DNA of 64,000 nt from Hypanus sabinus (Eukaryota), in NCBI RefSeq assembly GCF_030144855.1, contig NC_082714.1:93186001-93250000 (forward strand), written 5' to 3'. The translations under genes were made by a program, and so were the position numbers. Shown here piece after piece: positions 13,183-25,084 of the stretch. How positions within the stretch are numbered: position 1 is the stretch's first letter; the number at the start of each line of letters is the position of its first letter. The notes beneath the pieces were generated by a model. It made no database searches, had not been told where the DNA came from, and worked only from the letters and a program-made list of their open reading frames with translations.

Positions 13183-13640
13183 TGTCGTATTTCCAGCTGA
13201 ATTTTGTCTTTTTGTGTGTTTTCTCCCTAGCTTTCAGACTGTGGTTTTGTACTGTCATGTGCTCTTGTTTGTTTTCATGCCCCATAAGCCTCTGTCCCCT
13301 CTCCATTATTGCCTGTTTTGCTGCTACTCTTGTCTCATTGTGCCCCACCTAACATCTGCCTCTCTGTTTATTACTCAGTGTATTTTAGTCCTACGTTTTG
13401 ATCTGTTTGTTGCCAGATTGTGCCAATGAATTTTCCCGAACCTTTCCAGCATTCGTCTCTGTACTCTGTCCGTCTGATTATCGCTTCTGCATGTTTCCCG
13501 ATTCTGGCTTTTCGATTTCTCTGGATGTTTTGATCACTGTCTGAACTTTGACGCCGACTTTGTTTGCACCTCGGATTTGTTACTCAATTAATATCACAGT
13601 ACTGAGTCTGCAATTGGATCCCTGCTCCAGCGTCCTGACA
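13183..13640 (+). mobile_element. Solo LTR (458 bp) with 5-bp target-site duplication
   Basis: Termini TGTC...GACA; GCACC at 13178-13182 and 13641-13645. Orientation is tentative. Confidence 0.8.
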
Positions 13641-14599
13641 GCACCTTAAACTCTATAACTGTAATGTGGGTGTTGTAGATAATTGGAAAATTTCATGAAA
13701 ATTTTCATAACCTTTATTGAAAAGCGACTGAAATACACACGCAGAGAGGATTTTTTGCACATTTGTAATAATCATTTAAACATTATGGTTTACTGAATGA
13801 CAAATAATACTGCGTATAATACCTGAAGACTGCCCATTGGAAAGGTGAACATTAATGTAGTGGCGATAGGAGACAGCCATGCACCGGGATGCAATCTGTA
13901 AACCATATCTAACAACCAAAAAATTTTCCTACAAAGCTTATTATCCCCTCTTTGAGCCCCCAACATATGACAGGAAGTACCACAGCATTAGGACCAGTAC
14001 TGTTGAGATGGGGAACAACTTCTTCCCCCAAGACGTGAGACGGCTGAACTCTCTGCGACCAACCAGGAGTCTCAATAGCATTACACAGCTTGATTTCCGA
14101 TGTACGTCGTAATTGCATCTTCCGTTGAATGTTAATTTTCCGATTATCTGTCAATTTGTGTTAAGGTATTTGTGGTAATATTATTTTCTGTTTTGTTTGT
14201 GAATCAAATGCACCTTGTTGTGCATCTGGTCCGGAGGAACAATAGTTCGTTTGATTGAATAACTATGAATCTGAACTTCAAGCCGTCAGTGAAGGTAAAT
14301 ATATTTAGCACAATGAGGGTTATAAAGTAATCAGTCTTCAAGTTGGCCTCAGAATGCGCCGATAAATGGCGTCCTTTGCGAGCATCTCCGATGGCAATGG
14401 TCAAAAATTCCCATTTAGGACTGCTATAGTCATTGATGCGTCAGCAAATAACAGCGGCGAAGTCCATTGCCGCTGCTTGCTCCTCCAAGTGTTTCCAGCA
14501 TTCTCTACTTCTCTTGATGTTTTATCGTGCTTGCAAAATCCACTTGCATAACAATACACATCTGGACATCTGGTGGGTGGAGATGTACTGAAGACTAGA

Positions 14600-15700
14600 C
14601 GACCAAATGACATAGGAACAGATAAGGCCATCGAGTCTGCTCCAGCATTCCATCATGGCGGATCCCGGATCCCACTGAACCCCATACACCTGCCCTCTTG
14701 CTATATCGCTTGATGCCCTGACCAATCAGTAAACTATCAACTTGCGCCTTAAATGTACCCACGGTCTTGGCCTCCACTGCAGTCTGTGGTCGAGCATTCC
14801 ACGCAATTACCACTCTCTGCCTTTACTTCTGTTCTAAATGGTCGCCTTTTTGCGACTGTGCCCTACAGCTCTGCATACCCTTACCTTAGGAAACATCATC
14901 TCCACATCCAGCATATCTAGTCCTTCCAACATTCTGTTGGCTTCAGTAAGATCCCCCCCGCAGTCATCTAAATTCCAGTGAGTATTGACCCAAAGCGGCC
15001 AAACTCTCTTCATATGTTAATCCCTTCAATCACGGAATCATCCTCGTGAACCTTCTCTGGATTATGTTCAATGACAACACGTCCTTTCGGAGATATGGGG
15101 CCGAAAACTCATGTCAATACTCCAAGTGCGGGCTGACTAGTGACATAAAAGTTCAGCATTATCTCCTTGTTTTTATATTATTTTCCCCTTGAAATAAGTG
15201 CCAACATTGGAAATGCTTTCTTTACCACAGACGCAATCTGTAAATTAATGTTCTGCGAGTCTTGCAGGAGGACTCCTAAGTCCCTTTGCACCCCCGATGT
15301 TTGAAACCTTACCCCATTTAGATAATAATGTGCACTAATGTTCATTTTACCTAATTGCAGTATCATATAATTCCCAACGCTATTCCACTTGCCACGTTTT
15401 TGCTCATTCTTTCAATTTGTCTAAATCGTGCTGTAATCACATTGCTTCCTCAGCACTAACTACCCTCCACCTTTCTTCGTCTCATCTACAAACGTTGCCA
15501 CAAAGCCATCAATTCCGTTATCTAAATCCTTCATTAACAATGAGAAATCTTGCAGACCAAGTATTGACCACGGGCAGCCTATCAGAAAAATTCTCTTTTA
15601 CTCCCACTGGCGTCCTCCTGCCTGTCAACCATTCCTCTATCAATATTTTTCGTGTAACACCGTAGGATTACATTTTATTAAGCAGCCTCGTGTGTGGTAA
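14600..15700 (-). mobile_element. CR1 LINE 3' portion
   Basis: ORF 15178..15366 VQRDLGVLLQDS...VVKKAFPMLALISRG; tail-like ACATAGGAACAG near 14610. Confidence 0.8.
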
Positions 15701-15839
15701 CTCATCAAACGCTTTCTGAGAATCCAAGTAGATGATATCCACTGTCTGTTCTTTTGTCCGCACTGCTTGTTGCTTCCCGGACATTGCTGGTTGCTTCTCC
15801 GAAGAACGAAGAGATCTGTGCAGGGTTTCCCCTTGCAGA

Positions 15840-16605
15840 AACCATACTAACTTTGACTACAGTTACAGGCAGGTGGTCACACTGGGGCCACGGGAGGCAG
15901 ACAGGTGGGTCACGGTTAGGAGGGGAAGGGGAAGAGTCAGGTACCAGAGAGTACCCCAGTGGCTGTACCCCTTGACAATAAGTACTCCTGCTTGAGTACT
16001 GTTGGGAGAGATAGCCTACCTGAGGGAAGCAACAGTGGCAGTGTCTCCGGCACAGAGTCCGGTCTTGTAGGCCAGAAGGGTAGGGAAAGGAAGAGGAAGG
16101 CAGTAGTAATAGGGGAATCGATAGTTAGGGGGTCAGATAGGCGATTCCGTCGACGCAATCAGGAGACCCGGATGGTAGTTTGCCTCCCTGGTGCCAGGGT
16201 CCGGGATGTTTCTGATCGCGTCCAAGATATCCTGAAGTGGGATGGTGAGGAGCCAGAGGTCGTAGTACATTTAGGTACCAATGACATAGGTAGGAAAAAG
16301 GAAGAGGTCCTGAAAGGAAAATATAGGGAGTTAGGAAGGCAGTTAAGAAGAAGGACCGCAAATGTAGTTATCTCGGGATTACTGCTTATGCCACGTGACA
16401 GTGAGAGTAGGAATGAAATGAGGTGGAGGATAAATGCGTGGCTGAGGGATTGGAGCAGTGGGCAGGGATTCAAGTTTCTGGATTATTGGGACTTATTTTG
16501 GGGCAGGTGTGATCTGTACAAAAAGGACGGGTTACACTTGAATCCTAGGGGGAGCAATATCCTGACGGGAAGGTTTAATAGAGTTGTTAGGGAGGGTTTA
16601 AACTA
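15840..16605 (+). mobile_element. CR1 ORF1 (SGNH esterase-like) fragment
   Basis: ORF 15959..16606: VVIGESIVRG, CLPGARV, VHLGTNDIG, DGLHLN. Confidence 0.9.
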
Positions 16606-17400
16606 ATTTGGCATCTGGGACCCTGACACCTGGGAGGCAAACTACCATCCGGGTTTCTTTCCTGCGTCCACAGAATCGCTTGTTTGACCACCTATCTATA
16701 GAGTCCCCTATCACTACTGCCTTCCTCTTTCCTTCCCTGCCTTTCTGAGCAACAGGGCAAGACTCTGTACCAGAGGGACGGCCACCGCCGTTTTCCCCAG
16801 GTAGGCTTTCTCCCCTCACCCCTGCATTAATCAAATAGGGGTACTTGTTGTCAAGGGGTACAGCCACAGGGGTAATCTCTAATACCCGACTCTTCCCCTT
16901 CCCCCTCCTGACTGACACACTTGTCTGTCTCCTGTGGCCCTGGTGTGACCACCTGCCTGCATTTCCTCTCTATCACCTCATCGCTCTCCCTGACTTGGCG
17001 AAGGTCATCGAGCTGCATTTCCAGTTCCCTGACTCGGTCCCTTAGGAGCTGCAACTCGACACACCTGGTGCAGCTATGGCCGTCCAGGAGGCTGGGTGAC
17101 TCCGGGACCGCCCGCATCTGACACTGAAAGCAGAAAATTGGCCTCACACACATACCTCCTAGCTTGCCTCGCCTCGTTACCGCCTAAACCCACTGAGCCA
17201 GCGCCCTATCACTCTCTGCTTCCTCTCAATCCACCTATGCAGCGGCCTTCATTTTAAACTTCTCGCGTTTTGCTGGCTGACGTTACACGCCTGCGCAGTC
17301 ACGCCTCCCTTTAATCCGTGTGGTAAAAAAAACTCACTCGCTCCATAAAAGCAGCAGTTCACTCGCAGCCGTCTTGCTCTGAATGAAAAAAAAACTGTTG
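16606..17400 (-). mobile_element. CR1 ORF1 N-terminal half plus 5' region, inverted relative to the neighbouring copy
   Basis: AVPLDNKY...VVIGDSI...VVCLPG and zinc-finger-like FCFQCQM...CTRCVELQLL. Confidence 0.85.
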
Positions 17401-17429
17401 AAGATTCCTTGACTTTTTAAACCTTTCGC

Positions 17430-18760
17430 GTTTTGCCGCCGTTCCGTATCTAACTTGGACCCACAGAGACTCAGTTGGCAATCACTCCATGATTTCCTCA
17501 TTTTCTGCAGCCGTGATCTCTGATCAGCAGTGCCACACCCCTACCTCTGTTGCCCTCACTCTATCGTTTCTGAAACATCTAAAGCCTGGCACTCCAAGTA
17601 ACCGTTCCTACCCTTGAACAATCCAAGTCTCTGTAAAGTCCACAGCATCATCGTTTCACGTAATGATCCACGCTCTAAGCTCATCCGCTTTGTTCATGGT
17701 GTTTCTTGCATTAAAATAGTCACATCTCAAACCATCGGTCTGATCTATCACCTGCCTATCGTCCCTCTAGCACTGCCTTGAAGCTTTCTCTGATGGTGAG
17801 CCAATCGCCTCGACTTCTCTTCTTCACTGTTCGGTTCCCAACCCCGAGCAATTCTTGTTTAAACTTTCTCAAGAGCAAACCTTCCTGCCAGGATATTGAT
17901 CCCTCTGGGAATGAAGTGCATCCGGTCTTTTTTGTACAGGTCACGTCTGTCCCAACTGTGACCAGACTCTGTGCCAGAGGCGTGGCCACTGTTGCTTTCC
18001 CCAGGTAGTCCATCCTCCCCCCCCCCACAAGCAGCACGCAAATAGAATATTTATTGTTAAGGGGGACAGCCACAGGGGCACTCTCCAATATCTGACTCCA
18101 ATTATGAGCCAATCACCTCTTCCTCCTTCTTTACTGTGCGGTCCCTAACCCCCAGCAATTCTAGTTTAAATTCTCCCCACGAGCAAACCTCCCTGTCAGA
18201 TGTTGATCCTTCTGGGAATCAAGTGCATCACGTCTTTTTTGTTCACATCACGCCTGTCATAAACGAGGTCCCAATGATCCAGAAATCAGAATCCCTGCCC
18301 CCTGCTCCAATCCCTCAGCCACGAATTTATCCTCCACCTCACTCTATTCCTGTACATACTGTCGCTTGGCACAGAAGCTCGAGACGAATGCCTTTGAGGT
18401 CCTGCTTCTCAACTTCCTTATCTCCCTGTAGTCTGATTTCAAGGCCTCCTCCCTTTTCCTACCAATGTTGCAGGTACCAATGTGGCACGACCGCTGGCCG
18501 TTCAACTTCCAACTTCGGGATATCGTGGACGCGATCAGAATTATCTCGGATTCTGGCCCCTGGGAGGCAAACTACCATCCGTGTTTCTTTCCCTCGTCCA
18601 CAGAATTACCTGCCTGGCCTCCTGGCTACAGAGTCCCCTATTACTGTTGCCTTCTTCCTTTCCTTATCTTTCTGAGGCACAGGACCAGACTCTGTGCGGC
18701 TCTGCGCGGCTACTGTTGCTTTCCCCAGTTAGGCCGTACACCTCCACTCCACCCCGCCCC
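17430..18760 (-). mobile_element. Further decayed CR1 ORF1/endonuclease fragments (at least two copies)
   Basis: AVPLNNKY and DLYKKDRMHF motifs (17756..18112) and a second ORF1 remnant at 18136-18760. Confidence 0.75.
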
Positions 18761-20835
18761 CCCCAGTTTCTTTATCCCGCTAATAGTTACCGCGTTAAGA
18801 CGATTCCGTTGAGTCGTATATTCAGTGAAACGGTTTGGAAAGAGCTCAGCGGGGTCTCACGTGTATGCAGAACGGGGAGTCCCATCCTCCGAGACGGGAC
18901 TATTCTTCCCGCAGGGATCGTGGCGTTTCCTGGTGACTGTTGAGAACAGCTTTACGGATCAGAGTGGCCAACTGTCCGCGTACCGCGTCTGTGTCACTGG
19001 GACTCAGTCGCCGCCTTCTGGAAGAGGGTTGAGTGGAGGAAATGGAAAATACGGGGACCTTTGTTTTCCAAGAAGCTGCCGGAAAAGGAAATAGCCGCTT
19101 GAAGGGCCATTGTCCCTTCTCCAGACAAGCCGGTGCAAAAAAAGTCTAGACTGCCGCTGCTTCAGGGGACAACGAGCACTTCTTTAGAAATCCAGTCGAT
19201 AGAATGTGAAAGGGCCTCTCCACTCTGTCTGAATTTCATCCCGATTCAACAGTTACGCATTGCCACTCCGGCAAACCTGCCCTTCCCATTAAAGGGGCAG
19301 GTTCATCATTCATCCGGTCTCTCATACGCCGGTGGATGGCCTACCGCAAAGGGACAACGAACTAGCATAATCTCCTAGCTAGCGATTGAAGAGAGATCCG
19401 AGGCAACTTTCAAAGGAACTGGAGGAACTCGTCGGGTCAGGGCGTATCTTTGAAGGGAAGTGGACAGTGGACATTTCGCTTCAAGACCCTTAATCTATGT
19501 AATGAAGACATATTGTCCCCGAAATATACAGCCCCCAGTTTCCCAAGTTAACATGATGTTATCAAACTAAATAAAGGTATTATTAAATATTGGCATCAGT
19601 ATTAGTTTATTGTTGTGACATGTACCAAAGCAGACTGAAAAACTTGTCTAGGATGCTGCGAAGAGAGATGAAATCATTACACAATGCAATAAGGTAGTGT
19701 AAAATAATTACAATGCAGAATAAAGTGCAACAGCTGCAGACAAAGTGCAGTGCGGGTAAACAATGAAGTGCAAATAATATCCAGGTAGATTGTAAAGACA
19801 GAATTCCATCTGTGTTGCCCTTAAGGTATTTGTTTAGTTTATTACATTTTCGCTTCATTAATTCTTTTGTAATTATTTTCTTTTTAAAGTTAAGGTTGCT
19901 GAAAGTAAAATCATTGTCTGTGATGTATCGCGACATGCGATGACGTCACACCCGGTTTCGCCGCGTCTTGTGGGAAAATATCGGTTTGGAGAAACGGGAA
20001 GGAGGGAGCTTGTGTGGGCAGGATCAGCGCGAGAAAAGTTTCATTCTACGCACTAAGAAATATCATAGAAGCAACGCCGTAAGTTCATAAGACAATCGAT
20101 ATGTTGGAGTAAAAATTTTAACGCTGATTCTGTTAAAAGTAATGACGGTTGATAAAGTTTAATTTATTGTGCTATTGAAAACGTTGCTGGACAGTTTGTG
20201 TTGAAGAGTATTTGAAGCTGTTGATGGCGTAGGTAGATTCAGACTGTACGTTGTACTTTAATGAGACTGTAATGTAATACAATTTGTTGTAGTTTTACTT
20301 TTACAAGTATTTGTGATGTAAATTTGATAACAAGAAGGAAACAAATGCTGTATATATTTTGTATTGTTTTATCAACAGTTTTCACCACACGTTAATGTGG
20401 AAGAGTGAACAGTAAGCTTTCTGTGTAAATATTGGTCGGTGTCTTTTCAATGCTGCAACATCGATTAGAAAAACACTTCGTTGCGTATTAAACAACTTTG
20501 GAACGCAGGAGGCGTGAAGCATGTTAGAAACGTCCTCGCCCGCCTCCAACCATCGCCGCATGAAAACATCGCTAAACCACTTCATCAAACACTTCGAGAT
20601 TTAAAATTAACCCCGACAATGTAGCCGGCCGGCCAACTGTATGTACTTCTCTGGAGGAAGACTTCCTGTCATAATTAGGCCTTCATGATAAACCTAACCA
20701 GATTCCTGTCCACAGTCTCACACACCAGAGTTAGCACTATGTAGAATGCTTCGAGTGTAGTCTGACCAAAGCGAGTAAGCGTGTATATTTTTTATGTGTT
20801 TGCAAACCGCGTTCCATCTGCGTGTACCTGGCTCC

Positions 20836-20850
20836 GCGTAAACAGGAAAC
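20836..20850 (+). promoter_or_regulatory. Forkhead-ETS-like composite motif upstream of V-C1 unit A
   Basis: GCGTAAACAGGAAAC (GTAAACA plus AGGAA), 183 nt before the ATG; identical 15-mer at 35358. Confidence 0.45.
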
Positions 20851-21018
20851 CCGCAGAACGCCTCTACCTTTTTCCAATATAACCAAACGTTTACTAGTAA
20901 GCATTACGTCTGATTCTCATCAATTACAAAGGATCTCGCCCCCTCCCTTGCGCCAACTTTACAGACCGATGAACACGCGTCTGCGATTAACACCCGGAGT
21001 TTAACTCGGTGACGAACA

Positions 21019-21061
21019 ATGAGATGCTGCGCGGTCTTCGCGCTCTCTTACTTAGTGCAAG
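21019..21061 (+). pseudogene. Unit A leader exon
   Basis: MRCCAVFALSYLVQ+G, then donor GTGAGC (phase 1, 43 nt). Confidence 0.7.
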
Positions 21062-21765
21062 GTGAGCGACCCGAGTTCCGAGAAGAGAAGAGCTTGGGCA
21101 GCTGGTTTAGAGGGAATGCTGATCGTTAATTAACTGAAGGGATTTGGTAAAATAAATAAGTAGATTCTAATACTGGAAGGCATGCATTTAGGATAAAATG
21201 GTGTAGTTTCGAAGGAGATGTGAAGGGCAGACAATGGTGGTGCCTGGAATGCGCTGGGGAGGTGATAGAGGCAGACACATTAGCGACTTTTGAAATACGT
21301 TTAGATAGGCGTATTGATGCGAGGAAAGTGGACGTTGTGTCGACAGAAGAGATTAGATGGCCACTTGATTATTAATTTAATTGGTTCAGCACAAAAGGGC
21401 CCGTTACTCTACTGTACTGTTTTATATTCTATGTCGATATTTTTGTTTAACCACCCATTCCGATAATCAGAGAAAGTAGAAGGTAGAACTAGGAAGGTAG
21501 ATTACTCGGGAGAAAAGGTGCGGTAAATTAATTTCCACCCCACCAGGGAATGAAATAACTGGAAGGATTTCCAATGGAGTTTTAAGAAGGGGATTTAGAT
21601 ACAATTATGAGCGTAGAGCAACCGGTAATACAAGTAACTGTAGAGACTGAGCATGCTGCTCTTTCTGTGTTCCAAAGTCTCAATTCGTAAAAAGATGGCG
21701 CGAGGTTGAAGTCGCTGTGTCATTAGTGAGAAGACCATTCTGTGATCAAATCTTCCTTTTCTCAG

Positions 21766-21974
21766 TTTCTATTTCTCAGGCCGCCTTGTTCCAGTCTCCG
21801 CCGATTCAGACCGTCCGTGTCGGAGGTCGAGCCATCCTGAATTATAGCCGGTACCTCGGTGTGCTTCCTTATATATACTGGTATAAACGGAGCGACCAAA
21901 GGCATCTGCAGTTCGTTTCCAGGGTGGGCAAATTCTTGGAAGCGGAGGGGAGGTTCTCGGGGCAAGTGGACGAA
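21766..21974 (+). pseudogene. Unit A V-domain 5' remnant, truncated by CR1
   Basis: SISQAALFQSPPIQTVRVGGRAILNYSRYLGVLPYIYWYKRSD...GRFSGQVDE. Tyr (TAT 21843-21845) sits at the Cys23 position; sequence switches to CR1 at 21975. Confidence 0.75.
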
Positions 21975-22250
21975 ATAGAATCTAAGAGCAAGGAAGTGGG
22001 TATATTCAAATTGTGTATCACATTAATCAAACCAAAATTGGAGTCGTGTGTTAAAATTGGAGCCAGGACGTTAATTGGAGCAGGGAAGCGATTGCGCTGG
22101 AGAGGATGCAGAGAGGATTCACCAGTTTTGCGTCCTCGAAGTTCTCGAATAGTTAATGTTCTTTATGAAAGATTCAGGTCGGATCTTTTAGATCCGACAA
22201 GAGAGGTCTTTAATAGGTTACCAAATGAGGAAAGGAATGCTACTTAACCA
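21975..22250 (+). mobile_element. CR1 ORF2 fragment replacing the 3' half of the unit A V exon
   Basis: IESKSKEVGIFKLCITLIKPKLESCVK resembles CR1 IEYKSxEVMLxLYKTLVRPxLEYCVQ. Confidence 0.7.
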
Positions 22251-24182
22251 TACCTAAGTGAATGAAATTTCTAATAAGACCTTAAATTATCTCAGCAGTT
22301 TCATGGTAGGTGTATTTTCCCTCTCGATACCATTCCCCTGCCTTCTCCCCGTAACCTTTGACACCCTTAGTAATTAAGATCCTATCAACCTCGGCTTTAA
22401 ATATTGGTCTGCATCGCCCCATGTGGCAATGAATTCCAAAGATTCACCACCTTCTGGTTCGTCAGTTTGAAAAAGTGTCAGCTGGGGAGCGGTTTTGGAA
22501 TAGTGGCCGTGACTCCACATATTTCAAGTGGAGTTATATTTCAAGAAAATAAAAGTTCGCATGAGCCAGAAATAAACTGGGCAAAATCCATGTTCGTTAA
22601 TATTAGCGAGGAGCTGGATAGAGTTCAATTAAAGCACCCGCTTGCCGGTAAGTCCCTATGTGTGTGGAAGAAATAGGAAGAACTCAGGGCCAACATGCTC
22701 CTGTAAGTGTAAAAGGAAGAGGTCATAATCTCAGTGAACTATGGACGACAAGGTTTTTGAGGATGGATAAAAATTAAAAAAACAATGAAATGTATGTTAC
22801 GTGTAGAAGCCCTTCCTGGTATCAAAATGGAAAGCGATGCTTAAAAGGCAGATTAAATAAAGTCACAAAATATCAATGGCATGTAGATACGAGTTTATAA
22901 GAGCTTGTCTGCAAGCCACCTAAAAGTGTACTAAGGGTGAAAGATCATCCAAGGGAATATTAGAGCCCATTACCAGCAACGGACGGATCGGTCTTTGGTG
23001 CTAGAAGGTATTGGAATTAAATGAGCACACTTCATCAGAATTCTCAAAGGTAGCTCACCTTGTAGATGGAGGCATCAGTGAAGAGAAAGGTGAACTTTTG
23101 GTGTAAATCTCAATACGCGTTTGAAGCCATAGTGGCTTTAAAAGTCCAAAAATCACAGGATCTATCCTAGGCTTTTTTGGCAAGCAAAGTGAGAAATTTC
23201 TGGGTCTTTAAGTGAGATATTGTAAACATTCGCTGTGTACATGTGAAGCTCCTGGAAGGTAGCAGTTGGAGTACCAGGGAAAAGACGGGCAAAAATAGAT
23301 CTATGAGTGGTAGTGATCTTAAAAGTCTGAATTTCGAGGGACAGGATTAATAATATGTTGTAGTGACAAGCTCTAATCCAAGCTCTAATCAGAGACAGCC
23401 AAGCTGGCTGTGTCAATAGCTGATCATGTTTGAGAAATCTGAATCGAAAATCTTGAAGAGGGAGCCAAGTCTATGATATAGACAGTGCAATCAATGTATG
23501 TTTTACATGCACTTCAGTGAAGCCTCTGACAAGGTCCCATATAGATATGGACCAGGGCAATTTCGCAAACGATTCCACATTATACTGGCAACGTGGGCAA
23601 GGGAAGGTTGGATGCCTGTTACTAGCGGTGTTCTGCAAGAATAGATGGTGGAACCTTGGCTCTTGAAATATTCTTGAATAGTTTAGATTCTGATTCCCCA
23701 TTTTCCGCATTCTCTATGCGTTTTGGGAGGATTAATGAGGAAAGGAGAAACATAGAGGTTGAGGGACAGAAGGACCTTGGATTACAAATCCAGGGTTCAT
23801 TCAAGGTGGTATCGCACGTACATAATGTGCTTATGAAGGCAAATGGATATTGGCCTTTCATTAGTCAGGTTATTGAATAGAGAGGCAGGGAGGTTATAGA
23901 CATCAGGAGACAGTTCCACACATCTGAGGTAGACAAACAAAAGTGAATAGAATTATTATAAGGTAAAAGATTTTCGTCGGGAGCTGAAGAGGATCAACCA
24001 TCATAGAATGGTTGCAGTAGATTTGCTGACAGCATCTAAGAGGTGTCTAGATGTGTTCATTGATTACAGAAAGAAGGATCTTTGCCAAGTGTAGGAAGAT
24101 TGGATTAATGTGGTTTGGTGCCCACTGGTCGAGATGATGAGCCGTATTGTCTGCTTCCCGGCTGGAGGTCTCTATCACAACG

Positions 24183-24244
24183 ATGTCGTTTCGTTTGCGA
24201 GGAGCGGCTGTGTACCTTGCTTTGTTTCTATTGGGGTGGAGAGG
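24183..24244 (+). pseudogene. Candidate orphan leader exon
   Basis: MSFRLRGAAVYLALFLLGWR, then GG|GTAAGC. Signal-peptide-like, but the donor is phase 2 (one extra G relative to phase 1). Confidence 0.4.
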
Positions 24245-24787
24245 GTAAGCTGACAGAAGTGTGAAATATCAGCTGAGTCTAATCACGGGAGAATGTACAA
24301 TGACCAATTAACCTACTGACTGGTAAGATTTTGGACTGTGCCAGGAAACGGGAGCATCCGGTGGAAACCCACGCTCTCCACGAGGAATGGCGTTTCAGAG
24401 TGACAAACTCCTTACAGTGGAAGCCGGGGTTGAACTGCAAACTCCGTCTCCTTGAAGTATAATAGCGTCGCGCTAAACGCTCCGCTGCCGAGGCGCTGGT
24501 AAATGTATCGATAAAACTATATAGAGGAGGGGTGCGAGATTTACAGAGGGTTTGAAGAAAGATGTTTCTCTCCGAGGGGCGTTGGGATCTCACTCCCTGA
24601 AGGGTAGTGATGCACCTACTCGCTCTGTTTTGGAGGCCAACTATGACAGACAGAGGGCCTTATAAACTAGGATTAGCATAGATATGTACTTGACCGTCAA
24701 CACGGGGAAGATGGCCAGAATATCTTGTTTTTGAAACCGTGATTAAAATTGGCCGTCCAATTAATACAGTGTTGTTGTGTTTTCCGC

Positions 24788-25084
24788 ATTCAACACAGCC
24801 TCCCACCATATTCCTGTTAGCGCCGCAAGCGGATCAAATTGCCCAAATGCATCTGGTGACCTTGATGTGCTTGGTGAGAGGCGTGTCTTCCCACTCCCTG
24901 CGCATCCACTGGAACATATCTGGAAATACCACAGAAGGTCGCGTTGATCCCTCGATATTTGATCCGGACGGAGGCTACAGCGTTAGAAGCCGCTTCCAGA
25001 TCCCGGCGGAAAGTTGGCGTAGCGGCGCAGTCTGCACTTGCGCCACTGGACTGCTGGTCAGTGACAGTGTCTCCGCTCAGAATG
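24788..25084 (+). pseudogene. Unit A C1-set exon
   Basis: (D)STQPPTIFLLAPQADQIAQMHLVTLMCLVRGVSSHSLRIHWNISGNTTEGRVDPSIFDPDGGYSVRSRFQIPAESWRSGAVCTCATGLLVSDSVSAQN+G|GTATCG. The phase-1 acceptor position reads GC, not AG. Confidence 0.85.
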
